DNA from: a virus
Lineage: Duplodnaviria > Caudoviricetes
Strand: one strand, 5' to 3'
IMG/VR virus record: IMGVR_UViG_3300042502_000594
Span: 1,485 to 65,484 of that record
Length of the DNA: 64,000 bases
The notes beneath the pieces are model-generated. The model saw only the letters and a list, made by a program, of their open reading frames with translations, was not told the origin of the DNA and did no database searches. Shown piece after piece: positions 19,946 through 28,154 of the stretch (position 1 is the first letter of the stretch; each line of letters starts with the position of its first letter). Position numbers and translations under genes: made by a program.

Positions 19946-22342
19946 TTATACTCTTCCTGTGATTTCGTTTCCTAACTCAGCTTCAAGGGTTGCCTCAAGC
20001 TGTATCTCTTCGAGGGCCTGCTTACCCTTCAATAATTGTACTTGGTAATTTGCATCAGCCTTAATCTTAGCAAGCTGCTGCTCCTTCATAAGCTCCATGT
20101 TAGCCATCTCGCGCTGCTTCATGATTTCAATCTGGGCAAGCTGCATAGCCGTTTGACGCTTGGCCTCTTCAGCCATCATAGCAGACTGCTGCTGACCTTG
20201 GATGGTCTGTTGCATCATCATCTGGGCATTCTTCTGCTCGCGTTCACGGGCCTCAGTTTCTTCGGTCGCCATAAACCAAAGCGCTTCGTCAACATCGCCA
20301 TTCTTAAGCAACTGAGCAACACGCTCTACGCTTGATGGGGAAAGCAGAACCGAACCGTCTTTGGTTGGAATTTGAGACATTTGAATAGCCCTTTGAAGTA
20401 TTGCGCTCTTTTCCTTTTCGTTTGGAATAGACTTAACGCTAATTGCTAGTTGGTCCAATGAAAGACCTTCGATTTCGTCCAGGGAGTCAACCATGTTCTT
20501 TCCAATTACGCCTTCGTAGAACTCGCGAATCTTAGAGTCGTATTCTATGTCTATACGTGCCTGGTGAATGATACGCTCTCCCACCTTGCGCTTAAAGTCA
20601 CGCTCTGAATCGCGAAGGGTCCAGTTTGCGTGGTTGCCGGCTTGGTAGTCTTGTTCCATAACACCAACAAGTCTTTCCGCGCTTTGGTCGGGACTAGCTG
20701 CCATTGCATCCGGGATACCCATGGTGTCCTTGATCATCATCTGCAAGTTGGCTATCTGCTGAATCCATTCAGCTCCCTGTGGACCTAAGCCGTTGTCCAT
20801 CTCAGTAAGTGGTTGAGAAACGTACTTTCCTGTTGCCGCGTTGAACTTGGTGGCAACAACCTGAATACCGTTCTGACGATGTACGTGTACAAGGTCAAAC
20901 AAGTCATACTCTACCCCGCCAATCTTTATGTTTGCGGCCTCGCCCACATCAATTCGGTATCCTTTAGGAGCCGCAGCCCATACGGCAGCACGAAGTTTAA
21001 GTATGGCGAACATTAAGTCGTCAAGCAATCCTCTTACACTACGTGTGGGTGACTGTCCAGGAATACGGTCGATAACGTAAGAGCTCATCGGTGTGAGTCC
21101 CTTCTGCATCTGGTTAGGCTTCTTCTTCCACTCGTAGATTCGGTCAAGACCGGTTCCTGAGATGATATATGAACCCTCGTACCAATAGTTGCAGGCAACC
21201 TCTTCGTATGTGTCGTTTGGATTCTTTTTCTTTTCGTCTACAGGCTTGTTGTTGCGAAGGAATGATGCATACCCCTGCTTATTCTTTCTCTCTACGTATT
21301 GCTTGTAGTCAGTGGAAAGGTATTCAAACTTCAGGACGTAAACCTTGAAGTCCATCCAAACCCAGCGGTTTGATGTCTCGTCCTTTCTTTCAAAGGCCCA
21401 AACGGGAATCATGGAGGCATTCGTCTGATAAGGAACGTAGGACTTAGCCATTGACTGAATCTGCTTCTCATCAAATCCCGCCTCAACTAGCTTTGGGAAT
21501 ATAGACTGAATAGTTTCAATCTCAATGTGACCAATAGCCACGGGTTCGTTCTCATTGTCCTCGTTCCAGAGCATGATAAGACGGGCAGGATCAATGTACT
21601 GAACCTTCACCTGTCCTGTAATTGGGTCGTTGTAAATCTTTGCAGATCGGAAGTGATAATCAATGGCATCACGATTTATATCGGTACGCATCGAACCCCA
21701 GTTAGATGAACGAAAGCCTGACTCAGCTAATTTCTCTAAAGCTACCTCATACTTTGTCTTGAAAAAACCAAGACGGTCCGCCATCTCTAGCATGGTCTCG
21801 TCCTTTGGCACAAACGGAAGTTTAAACTCCGGCAGGCCAAGCTCGCGCATCAACGGGTTAGTAAAGTTCGCCTTAGCGTATACATCATTCTTGTTGCGCT
21901 TCTTTTTATTGATGACGTTTTTATCAAGAGAAACACAATCAAGTTTATAATCGTTATCTGAAAGAATCGATAAAAGAACATTCGTTAGTTTTTTCATTGG
22001 AGAGAAAATGTCGTAGCTTATGTTAGCCATCGCCTTTCTCTGCGCGATATTCATTCCCTTTGTTGACTGAGACGCCTCGTTGTTTGACCTTGTCTTAGTT
22101 CCAATAGGGGATCCGTTAGTAAACCAGTTCTTATATTTCTCCACCGACTGAATTCCAGAGCCGTAGTTTCGGGTCTCCTGCATCTCAGGGAGCTGAGTGT
22201 ATGAAAAATAAGTACCTCCTGTACAGAAGCGAGAATACAATGCCCTTCCGCATCGCAAGCCAAACTCAGGCTTTAGCTTTTCTATCTCTGGCACATTATC
22301 GCTCGGAAACAAATAGTTTCCAGCCATTTGAGGCAGTATCAT
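19946..22342 (-). CDS. Portal protein
   Basis: 798 aa directly after the large terminase; YIDPARLI motif and long Q/E/A-rich C-terminal barrel helix. Confidence 0.85.
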   Translation of the reverse strand: MILPQMAGNYLFPSDNVPEIEKLKPEFGLRCGRALYSRFCTGGTYFSYTQLPEMQETRNYGSGIQSVEKYKNWFTNGSPIGTKTRSNNEASQSTKGMNIAQRKAMANISYDIFSPMKKLTNVLLSILSDNDYKLDCVSLDKNVINKKKRNKNDVYAKANFTNPLMRELGLPEFKLPFVPKDETMLEMADRLGFFKTKYEVALEKLAESGFRSSNWGSMRTDINRDAIDYHFRSAKIYNDPITGQVKVQYIDPARLIMLWNEDNENEPVAIGHIEIETIQSIFPKLVEAGFDEKQIQSMAKSYVPYQTNASMIPVWAFERKDETSNRWVWMDFKVYVLKFEYLSTDYKQYVERKNKQGYASFLRNNKPVDEKKKNPNDTYEEVACNYWYEGSYIISGTGLDRIYEWKKKPNQMQKGLTPMSSYVIDRIPGQSPTRSVRGLLDDLMFAILKLRAAVWAAAPKGYRIDVGEAANIKIGGVEYDLFDLVHVHRQNGIQVVATKFNAATGKYVSQPLTEMDNGLGPQGAEWIQQIANLQMMIKDTMGIPDAMAASPDQSAERLVGVMEQDYQAGNHANWTLRDSERDFKRKVGERIIHQARIDIEYDSKIREFYEGVIGKNMVDSLDEIEGLSLDQLAISVKSIPNEKEKSAILQRAIQMSQIPTKDGSVLLSPSSVERVAQLLKNGDVDEALWFMATEETEAREREQKNAQMMMQQTIQGQQQSAMMAEEAKRQTAMQLAQIEIMKQREMANMELMKEQQLAKIKADANYQVQLLKGKQALEEIQLEATLEAELGNEITGRV

Positions 22343-22406
22343 ATCTTACAAATTTAAGTAAACAACTACAAATGTATGAAAATTTATCATAAATGGTTGA
22401 AAACAA

Positions 22407-24869
22407 TCAATCTATTTCGAAAAACGAAAACCCTCCCTGTACCTCTATCGGTTGATAAGCCTCCTTGTAAAGGTCAGGCATCCGGCTCTTTATGGCCCTC
22501 ATACACCACCCCGTGGCGGCACACAAGTCATGGTTTGTCAAGTCATCAATACCCCTCATTTGACTCCACTCCTCGACTATCTCCCACATCTTCACGTACT
22601 TAACGTTATTATTGAAGAAGGTCATGATGTCTCCGGCCATCTCGTTTTTTTCGGCTTCACCTGCCCAAACGCCTGGCCTTGCGTCCTGCTTTCCGTCTGA
22701 TCCCAAGTCCTTCAATAGGTATCCATCGAACCCATTGTCTCTAAAGTATTCAACCAGAGCTTCTCCGTCGGGCCACTCTGGGTAGACGTAGGCCCCAAGG
22801 AACACAGCCGCCTTTAACCACTCCTCGTGATACTCGGCCTTGTCTTCTGTCTGTCTGTTGTAAATCAAAATCCAGTCGTTACTTACCCACTCACTCCTAG
22901 GCTTGGTGTCTGAATCGACCTGGCTGTCCCTCTTATAGAAAACAGCAGCAGCCGCGTTTGACTTCTTTTTACCTACAGTGTTTCGTTTATGGAACTTTAC
23001 CGGGTCACAGCAAAGGAAGAATTTGTTCATTACAGATGGATCGGGAGCGTAAATAGGACCCCTATTCTTTGGTTGAATGTAACCCTCTTCTGCTGTAACA
23101 ACGGTCTTCCTGTTACGCATCTCATTTGGTGGAAGGTAACTCATGGTCCAACTTCCCTTAGGATCATTCTCCACATAAACATCACCACCAAACTTGTCGC
23201 CCATCCACTTGAAGTTAATCTTTGTGGTAATAGGGGTACGAGAAAACTTAAGTTCCGATATGCGGTCACGCATCTTCTCGATAGGCATACCCATGTCCTT
23301 TGGTATTACCGCGAATGCCTGCTTCCAACTCATCGGGAAGTTCTGCTGTAACTTAATCAGCTTCTGCCATTCTCTCTTACGTTCAAAGTAATCCGCTTGG
23401 TTTAAAAGATATGACTTGGCTCCCTTGGTGATCCACTTGCCCTCGTTGGACATTACAGGTTCCTTTGGATCATCAATAATACTTGCCCCATACTCGTCAA
23501 TGTATCCTTCTACCGCGTAGTAACCCGGCAAGAAGAAATTTATAAGTCCCGACGGTGTAGTTCCGTTCTCGTTGCGGTCAGAGAAGTGTGAGTCATTGGC
23601 AATATCAAAGAACTGCGCTCCACCCCCTGTGTCCATGTCACCTACCGTAGATGGCATGATGCAAAATCCACGAATGTTTTCCCCGCGCTCGATGGCGGGT
23701 TTCATCGTATTGTACCACCACGTCGGGATGTTTTGGTCCGCCGCCTTCGCATCCGTTTTCTTCGCTGGCTCGTCACGGTAGACAAAAGCGATCTCCGCCT
23801 CTCCGTCCGCCGCTTTCTCCGTCGAAGGGAGCGGCGTGATGAAGCACTCCATTTGTTCGGGGATGATTCCTGCCCTTGCTGCTGATGCGATTGCTCCTTC
23901 ATACTGGAAACGCAAACCCTCCTTCGCTTCTATTCGTCCGCGATAGTACGGGCGAAAGAAGAAAGGGAGCTTGCTTACAGGTGTTTGAATTTGTTTTATG
24001 AATATCTTGTTCACCGCCTGGTCCTCGTTCATCGCCTGGATAATGAAGGTCTGGTCGGGCATGTTGAGTGTTCCCCACGTGCAGAAGCAACAAGCAATTG
24101 CCGTCTTCGCAATACGTCGACCAGAGACGAAGTTTATTCCATGTACAGTGCGCTTCCCCTTCTTAACAGTGATGTTGACATTCGGTTCCATGAAATATTC
24201 CACTCCCATGTCGTTCATTTCGTCAACCACGTTCTTGACGTCTTGGTTTGAGTACTTTGTTTTTACTACCGCGTCTTCCCTATAAATAATCTTGTGCTTG
24301 TAGAACGCATCCTCTGTGCTGTAGGCATACATGAACAGGTGAAACATCTTTCTTTGGTAGTCCCTGTAGTCGGGCCTGTTGTTATTCTTACCGAAGTTTT
24401 TTACCGTCCAAAAGTTTAAGAAGAAGTAGTTTGCTCCGTTTATGTAGGTAGGTTTCCCTTTAATGAAACACCAATATCCAACATATCTGCGCTTTATCTG
24501 GAGCTTGATCCACTCAATCTCCATAGCGTAATACTTCTGATTTGATTCGATTTCTTCGTAAATATCTTCCAACCTTACGTCGCCAACCTCCTTGTACTTG
24601 GACTTGTTGGTTGCGTGTTTCTTATTGAAAACAACCTCGTAGATGAGCCTTATCTTTTCAGGAGTTTCCTGATAAGTAAACTTTTGGTCTTTTGGATTCA
24701 TTCCATACCCATCAACGTAGGTAAGGGCCTCCTCCCTTGTCACCTCTCTTTTTAGGTGGTGTGAATACCACTCCTCAAGGCGCGGAAGCGGAATGCGGAT
24801 CGTGTCCAACTCGTCGTCATCCTCGTGGAATGAAACATACTTATCCTCCTCTTCGTATTCGTACTTCAT
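22407..24869 (-). CDS. terL: Terminase large subunit
   Basis: GYWCFIKGKPTYING, Walker A-like SGRRIAKT, Walker B YRDE, STV coupling motif, nuclease CCDP...HDL. Start moved to ATG 24869, which overlaps the upstream TGA. Confidence 0.9.
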   Translation of the reverse strand: MKYEYEEEDKYVSFHEDDDELDTIRIPLPRLEEWYSHHLKREVTREEALTYVDGYGMNPKDQKFTYQETPEKIRLIYEVVFNKKHATNKSKYKEVGDVRLEDIYEEIESNQKYYAMEIEWIKLQIKRRYVGYWCFIKGKPTYINGANYFFLNFWTVKNFGKNNNRPDYRDYQRKMFHLFMYAYSTEDAFYKHKIIYREDAVVKTKYSNQDVKNVVDEMNDMGVEYFMEPNVNITVKKGKRTVHGINFVSGRRIAKTAIACCFCTWGTLNMPDQTFIIQAMNEDQAVNKIFIKQIQTPVSKLPFFFRPYYRGRIEAKEGLRFQYEGAIASAARAGIIPEQMECFITPLPSTEKAADGEAEIAFVYRDEPAKKTDAKAADQNIPTWWYNTMKPAIERGENIRGFCIMPSTVGDMDTGGGAQFFDIANDSHFSDRNENGTTPSGLINFFLPGYYAVEGYIDEYGASIIDDPKEPVMSNEGKWITKGAKSYLLNQADYFERKREWQKLIKLQQNFPMSWKQAFAVIPKDMGMPIEKMRDRISELKFSRTPITTKINFKWMGDKFGGDVYVENDPKGSWTMSYLPPNEMRNRKTVVTAEEGYIQPKNRGPIYAPDPSVMNKFFLCCDPVKFHKRNTVGKKKSNAAAAVFYKRDSQVDSDTKPRSEWVSNDWILIYNRQTEDKAEYHEEWLKAAVFLGAYVYPEWPDGEALVEYFRDNGFDGYLLKDLGSDGKQDARPGVWAGEAEKNEMAGDIMTFFNNNVKYVKMWEIVEEWSQMRGIDDLTNHDLCAATGWCMRAIKSRMPDLYKEAYQPIEVQGGFSFFEID

Positions 24870-25519
24870 GGTATTACCTCCGGGAATATCTCTTTCTTTT
24901 CGCGCCAAATCCTAGCATAGTGTTCGGGCTGTATTCCTAGGTTCTCAGCGCGAACAGAAAACGTGATTGCCTTCTGTAGTGTGATGCTAACCTCGTCACT
25001 CATGATTCGAGTACGGGCATCCACAAGTGTCTGACGCCAACTCTCAAGACCCGCTTGGAAGTTCTTGTCATCATTCGATCTGTCAACAGGCTGAGTCAAG
25101 AGCGCCCTTTGCAACGCAGCTATTCGAATGTCTGCCGTACTCATGATCGAATAATCTTCCGAGCATTGCAGGCGTGTAAACGTGATGTACCGCTCCACCG
25201 CCCAGTCTACATTCATCATGCAGAGCTGGGCGTACCCATCCTCCGAATCCGTGTCATCAACCATGATATTCAGCTTGTTCAACGTGTATCGTTTGCGCTG
25301 GTTGATGTCCGGATACGCATCTTTAACGGGTGTGCCTGGAGCGAACATATATATGAGATATCGAACAACCTTGTCGGCGCTAACCCCCTCAGGAAGGTCA
25401 TCTGACCTGTCCAGAATATGGGCTTGACTGGCCAGGTCCGAGAAGCGGTAGATTACCGACTCGTCATCCGGGATGCCTTCAATGTTGTAGGATATTTTAC
25501 TAAAGTCTAGTTTTATCAT
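24866..25519 (-). CDS. Hypothetical protein, candidate terminase small subunit
   Basis: 217 aa helical, coupled (ATGA) to terL; position only. Confidence 0.4.
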   Translation of the reverse strand: MIKLDFSKISYNIEGIPDDESVIYRFSDLASQAHILDRSDDLPEGVSADKVVRYLIYMFAPGTPVKDAYPDINQRKRYTLNKLNIMVDDTDSEDGYAQLCMMNVDWAVERYITFTRLQCSEDYSIMSTADIRIAALQRALLTQPVDRSNDDKNFQAGLESWRQTLVDARTRIMSDEVSITLQKAITFSVRAENLGIQPEHYARIWREKKEIFPEVIP

Positions 25520-26319
25520 TCTTCGATTGCTAATATAACCCTAGGTTGAAACCTAACGTAGTCGCTTGACTCAGCCATGGTTGAGTCTAGCTTAACTGCA
25601 AAATGCTTTTTTATACAGACCACATCCCCCTTCTTTACCTCTGTGTTTGTCCATACGTCATGGGCTATGTACTTTGGCATCTTGGCTGGAGGAACTTCTA
25701 CTTGCACCCTTTCTGTTTCTGAGTCTAGCAGAAAAATGCTTCCTGACTTTCTATCGTTAGGTAAAACCTTTCCAATGATGTATCCGTTCATGCTCTTAAT
25801 CTCTCCGTTCCTCTTCGCGGCATAAATACATTCAGAAGGAACAAGCACATATCTTTTTCCGTCCTTCTCAAAACCTCCGTCGCCTTCTGTGATAAAGTTC
25901 CTTGTGTAAGTAGAGTCAAACCAAATCTCGTCGCCAGGCTCTCCGTCAAACTCGCAAAAGAAGTCCCAATTCTTTGTGGTAGAACCTTTTTCAGGCTTCT
26001 TCACAAGCACCCCTCTCCTAACGGCCTGGGTAGCTCTAACATCCTCTTTATTTGGATCCACCTCCTTCTTCTGTTCACCAGCCATTCTCACGTATTCAGA
26101 CATGGCCCTCTTGTCTTTGTAATTGCTTTTCTTCATGGACTTTAAAAGCGAACCCATGTCGTTAATGCTACCCTCTTCGGTTATACCCTTTAGGCTGTTT
26201 ACCAACTTTAGTGTTCCGCCATTAAAAGATATCTCATCTTCAGTCCAAGAATGTATCTCGACCAAACAGTCGCCGTCTATAAGCCTTAACTGGTCTATGT
26301 CAACGTCTTCAAAGTTCAT
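25516..26319 (-). CDS. Tandem double-domain GroES-like co-chaperonin
   Basis: Two units: LRLIDGDCLVE...GDEIWF...YVLVPSECIYA and KSMNGYII...KSGSIFL...EVKKGDVV...RVILAIEE. Confidence 0.65.
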   Translation of the reverse strand: MNFEDVDIDQLRLIDGDCLVEIHSWTEDEISFNGGTLKLVNSLKGITEEGSINDMGSLLKSMKKSNYKDKRAMSEYVRMAGEQKKEVDPNKEDVRATQAVRRGVLVKKPEKGSTTKNWDFFCEFDGEPGDEIWFDSTYTRNFITEGDGGFEKDGKRYVLVPSECIYAAKRNGEIKSMNGYIIGKVLPNDRKSGSIFLLDSETERVQVEVPPAKMPKYIAHDVWTNTEVKKGDVVCIKKHFAVKLDSTMAESSDYVRFQPRVILAIEE

Positions 26320-26567
26320 TAGAGTATCTTTTTGTAAATTTCAAACAGTTGCTTTTGGGTCTCAAAGTTTTTCTTACCAACCGGCATGCGTCTCTTTATC
26401 TTGTTCACTCCCCGGCGCAGGGATGAATACGTTCCAAACAGGTTAATCGCGTCCCAGTTACTCATCAGCTTCTCCACATCCTTCATGTCTGTGTTCTCCC
26501 GCTCGATGTAATAGTTGTACACCTCTATGATCCTGTGGTAATTACTTTTTGTCTTTGTCCTTATCAT
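26319..26567 (-). CDS. Hypothetical protein (82 aa)
   Basis: ORF overlapping neighbours in the same operon. Confidence 0.55.
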   Translation of the reverse strand: MIRTKTKSNYHRIIEVYNYYIERENTDMKDVEKLMSNWDAINLFGTYSSLRRGVNKIKRRMPVGKKNFETQKQLFEIYKKIL

Positions 26568-26844
26568 AATGCTCCTTCAGTTTTTGGAAATACATTGAAC
26601 GCTTTATTCGCGTCTCGACCTGTGTCTTCCCTATTTCTTCTAGCGTGTTGTTGTATCTTACGATGGCTTTCTCGACCTGATCTAAGTCATCTGTCGTGAT
26701 GCTAGGATCACAGTAAAGCAGTTTTCTCCGCGCAGATGTGGCCATGGGGGTGAAGATCTTCATCACCTCGTATATCTCAATCTTGTCGTCAATCATCCTG
26801 TTGACGATTGATATGGCTCGTTTCCAGTTATCTATTTTATTCAT
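26542..26844 (-). CDS. Hypothetical protein (100 aa)
   Basis: ORF overlapping neighbours in the same operon. Confidence 0.55.
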   Translation of the reverse strand: MNKIDNWKRAISIVNRMIDDKIEIYEVMKIFTPMATSARRKLLYCDPSITTDDLDQVEKAIVRYNNTLEEIGKTQVETRIKRSMYFQKLKEHYDKDKDKK

Positions 26845-27052
26845 ACAAAAATGCTATATGTCTTTCGTGTACCGAGTACATCTCAGTGTCCTGTAGCTCA
26901 ACCTTTTCAATCTTACCTATAACGCAGGCCTTTTGGCCGACCTCTAGGTCAACCCCGTTTCCTACCGCCATTATGGTTACATCTATTTGCTTTGGCTGTC
27001 TCTTGTCAATGATCACAAAGACACGTCCGTCTGGTGGTCTCAAATTCGTCAT
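26837..27052 (-). CDS. Minimal GroES-like protein (71 aa)
   Basis: NLRPPDGRVFV...IMAVGNG...LEVGQK...YSVHERHIAF aligns by eye with GroES (NIRPLHDRVIV...LAVGNG...VKVGD...IMSESDILA). Confidence 0.65.
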   Translation of the reverse strand: MTNLRPPDGRVFVIIDKRQPKQIDVTIMAVGNGVDLEVGQKACVIGKIEKVELQDTEMYSVHERHIAFLYE

Positions 27053-27056
27053 GGTG

Positions 27057-27124
27057 CAAATATACTCAAAAACAACACAGTGTCAAATTATTGCTTGTAA
27101 ATAGTACTAAACAACGTATATTTG
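27057..27124. promoter_or_regulatory. Divergent Bacteroidota-type housekeeping promoters
   Basis: TATATTTG on minus (27064-27057) 4 nt before ATG 27052, and TATATTTG on plus (27117-27124) 4 nt before ATG 27129; matches the TAnnTTTG -7 consensus. Confidence 0.75.
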
Positions 27125-27128
27125 CAAT

Positions 27129-27320
27129 ATGTTTCTCCTCTCAATTATCTTAACTATTGTATCTATCTATCTGATGATTAAGAACTCTATTTACGGATGT
27201 GGCAAGCGGTGTTACAAGACCCGGAAAGAGGCTAAGGATCATTGTGATTACGACCAACAGGTTTATATGTGCTGGGACTGTGAAATGTGGCACGTAAAAA
27301 ATAATGAAGAAAATACTTGA
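27129..27320 (+). CDS. Small membrane-anchored Cys-rich protein
   Basis: N-terminal hydrophobic helix, then CGKRCY...YMCWDCEMWHV zinc-finger-like pattern; has its own promoter. Confidence 0.55.
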   Translation: MFLLSIILTIVSIYLMIKNSIYGCGKRCYKTRKEAKDHCDYDQQVYMCWDCEMWHVKNNEENT

Positions 27321-27339
27321 CAACCTCGCGTGGTTGTTT

Positions 27340-27460
27340 TATGTTTGCAAAATATATCCTGCCTCCCGTTTGTTAAAGAGCAACAGCAAACGGGGGTTAG
27401 GATAGGTAAATTATCTTTTACCTAATTAGGCCCGTAAAGTTGCTCTTACGGGCTTTTTTT
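27340..27460 (+). ncRNA. Structured leader/attenuator (kissing-loop element 1) upstream of the replication initiator
   Basis: TATGTTTG promoter 27340-27347; long hairpin 27355-27404 with loop AAAGAGCAAC; small hairpin 27404-27423; terminator GCCCGTAA-AGTTGCTC-TTACGGGC-T7. Confidence 0.7.
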
Positions 27461-27464
27461 ATTT

Positions 27465-28154
27465 ATGAATACAGGACAAATAGTAAAAGGGAAACGCACG
27501 CATGACTTTGCGATTATCCCAAATGAAATCTCGCAGTCAAAAGAACTGACCATGGAAGAAAAGGGCATGATGTGTTTCCTTCTTTCGCTCCCAGAGAACT
27601 GGGTTCTTTACAAAAAGAATCTTTACAATCAAATGCCAGATGGTAAACACGCAGTGGATAGGGTGTTTAAGTCCCTGCAAGAGAAGGGGTATATCCTAAG
27701 CTGCCGTCAAATAGACGTAAGTACAGGCAGAATGGAGGGGTGGAACCACATTGTTTACGACGAGCCTCAACTTGACCGAGATGCGGATTTACCGACATCC
27801 GGTTTTCCCGTTGTCGGTGAAACCCGTAAATCGGAAAACATCGATATATATAAAGAAACAAACATCTACAAAGAAACAATAACATATAAATACGCATTTG
27901 AGGATTTTTGGCTTGCATACGACAAGAAGGTGGACAAGAAACAAACCCTTGCTGTTTGGAATAAACTATCTGATGAGGACCGAACCCTAGCAGTTGAAGG
28001 CATGGGAAACCACAAGAGTGGTCGCGAGCGCAAATACTGGAAGGACCCGGTGCGCTATCTTCGTGATAAAAGGTGGGAGGACGAGACAACAACAACGAAC
28101 GTAAAACAAACAAACTATAGCTATGACCCAAATGATGCAAGGAATAAATGGTAA
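27465..28154 (+). CDS. Phage replication initiator/replisome organizer (HTH)
   Basis: FAIIPNE...LTMEEKGMMCFLLSLPENW HTH N-terminus and FEDFWLAYDKKVDK...YLRDKRWED C-terminus. Confidence 0.8.
   Translation: MNTGQIVKGKRTHDFAIIPNEISQSKELTMEEKGMMCFLLSLPENWVLYKKNLYNQMPDGKHAVDRVFKSLQEKGYILSCRQIDVSTGRMEGWNHIVYDEPQLDRDADLPTSGFPVVGETRKSENIDIYKETNIYKETITYKYAFEDFWLAYDKKVDKKQTLAVWNKLSDEDRTLAVEGMGNHKSGRERKYWKDPVRYLRDKRWEDETTTTNVKQTNYSYDPNDARNKW

Noticed and set aside
74-27104. Many short plus-strand ORFs
   Set aside because: Antisense shadows of long minus-strand structural genes.
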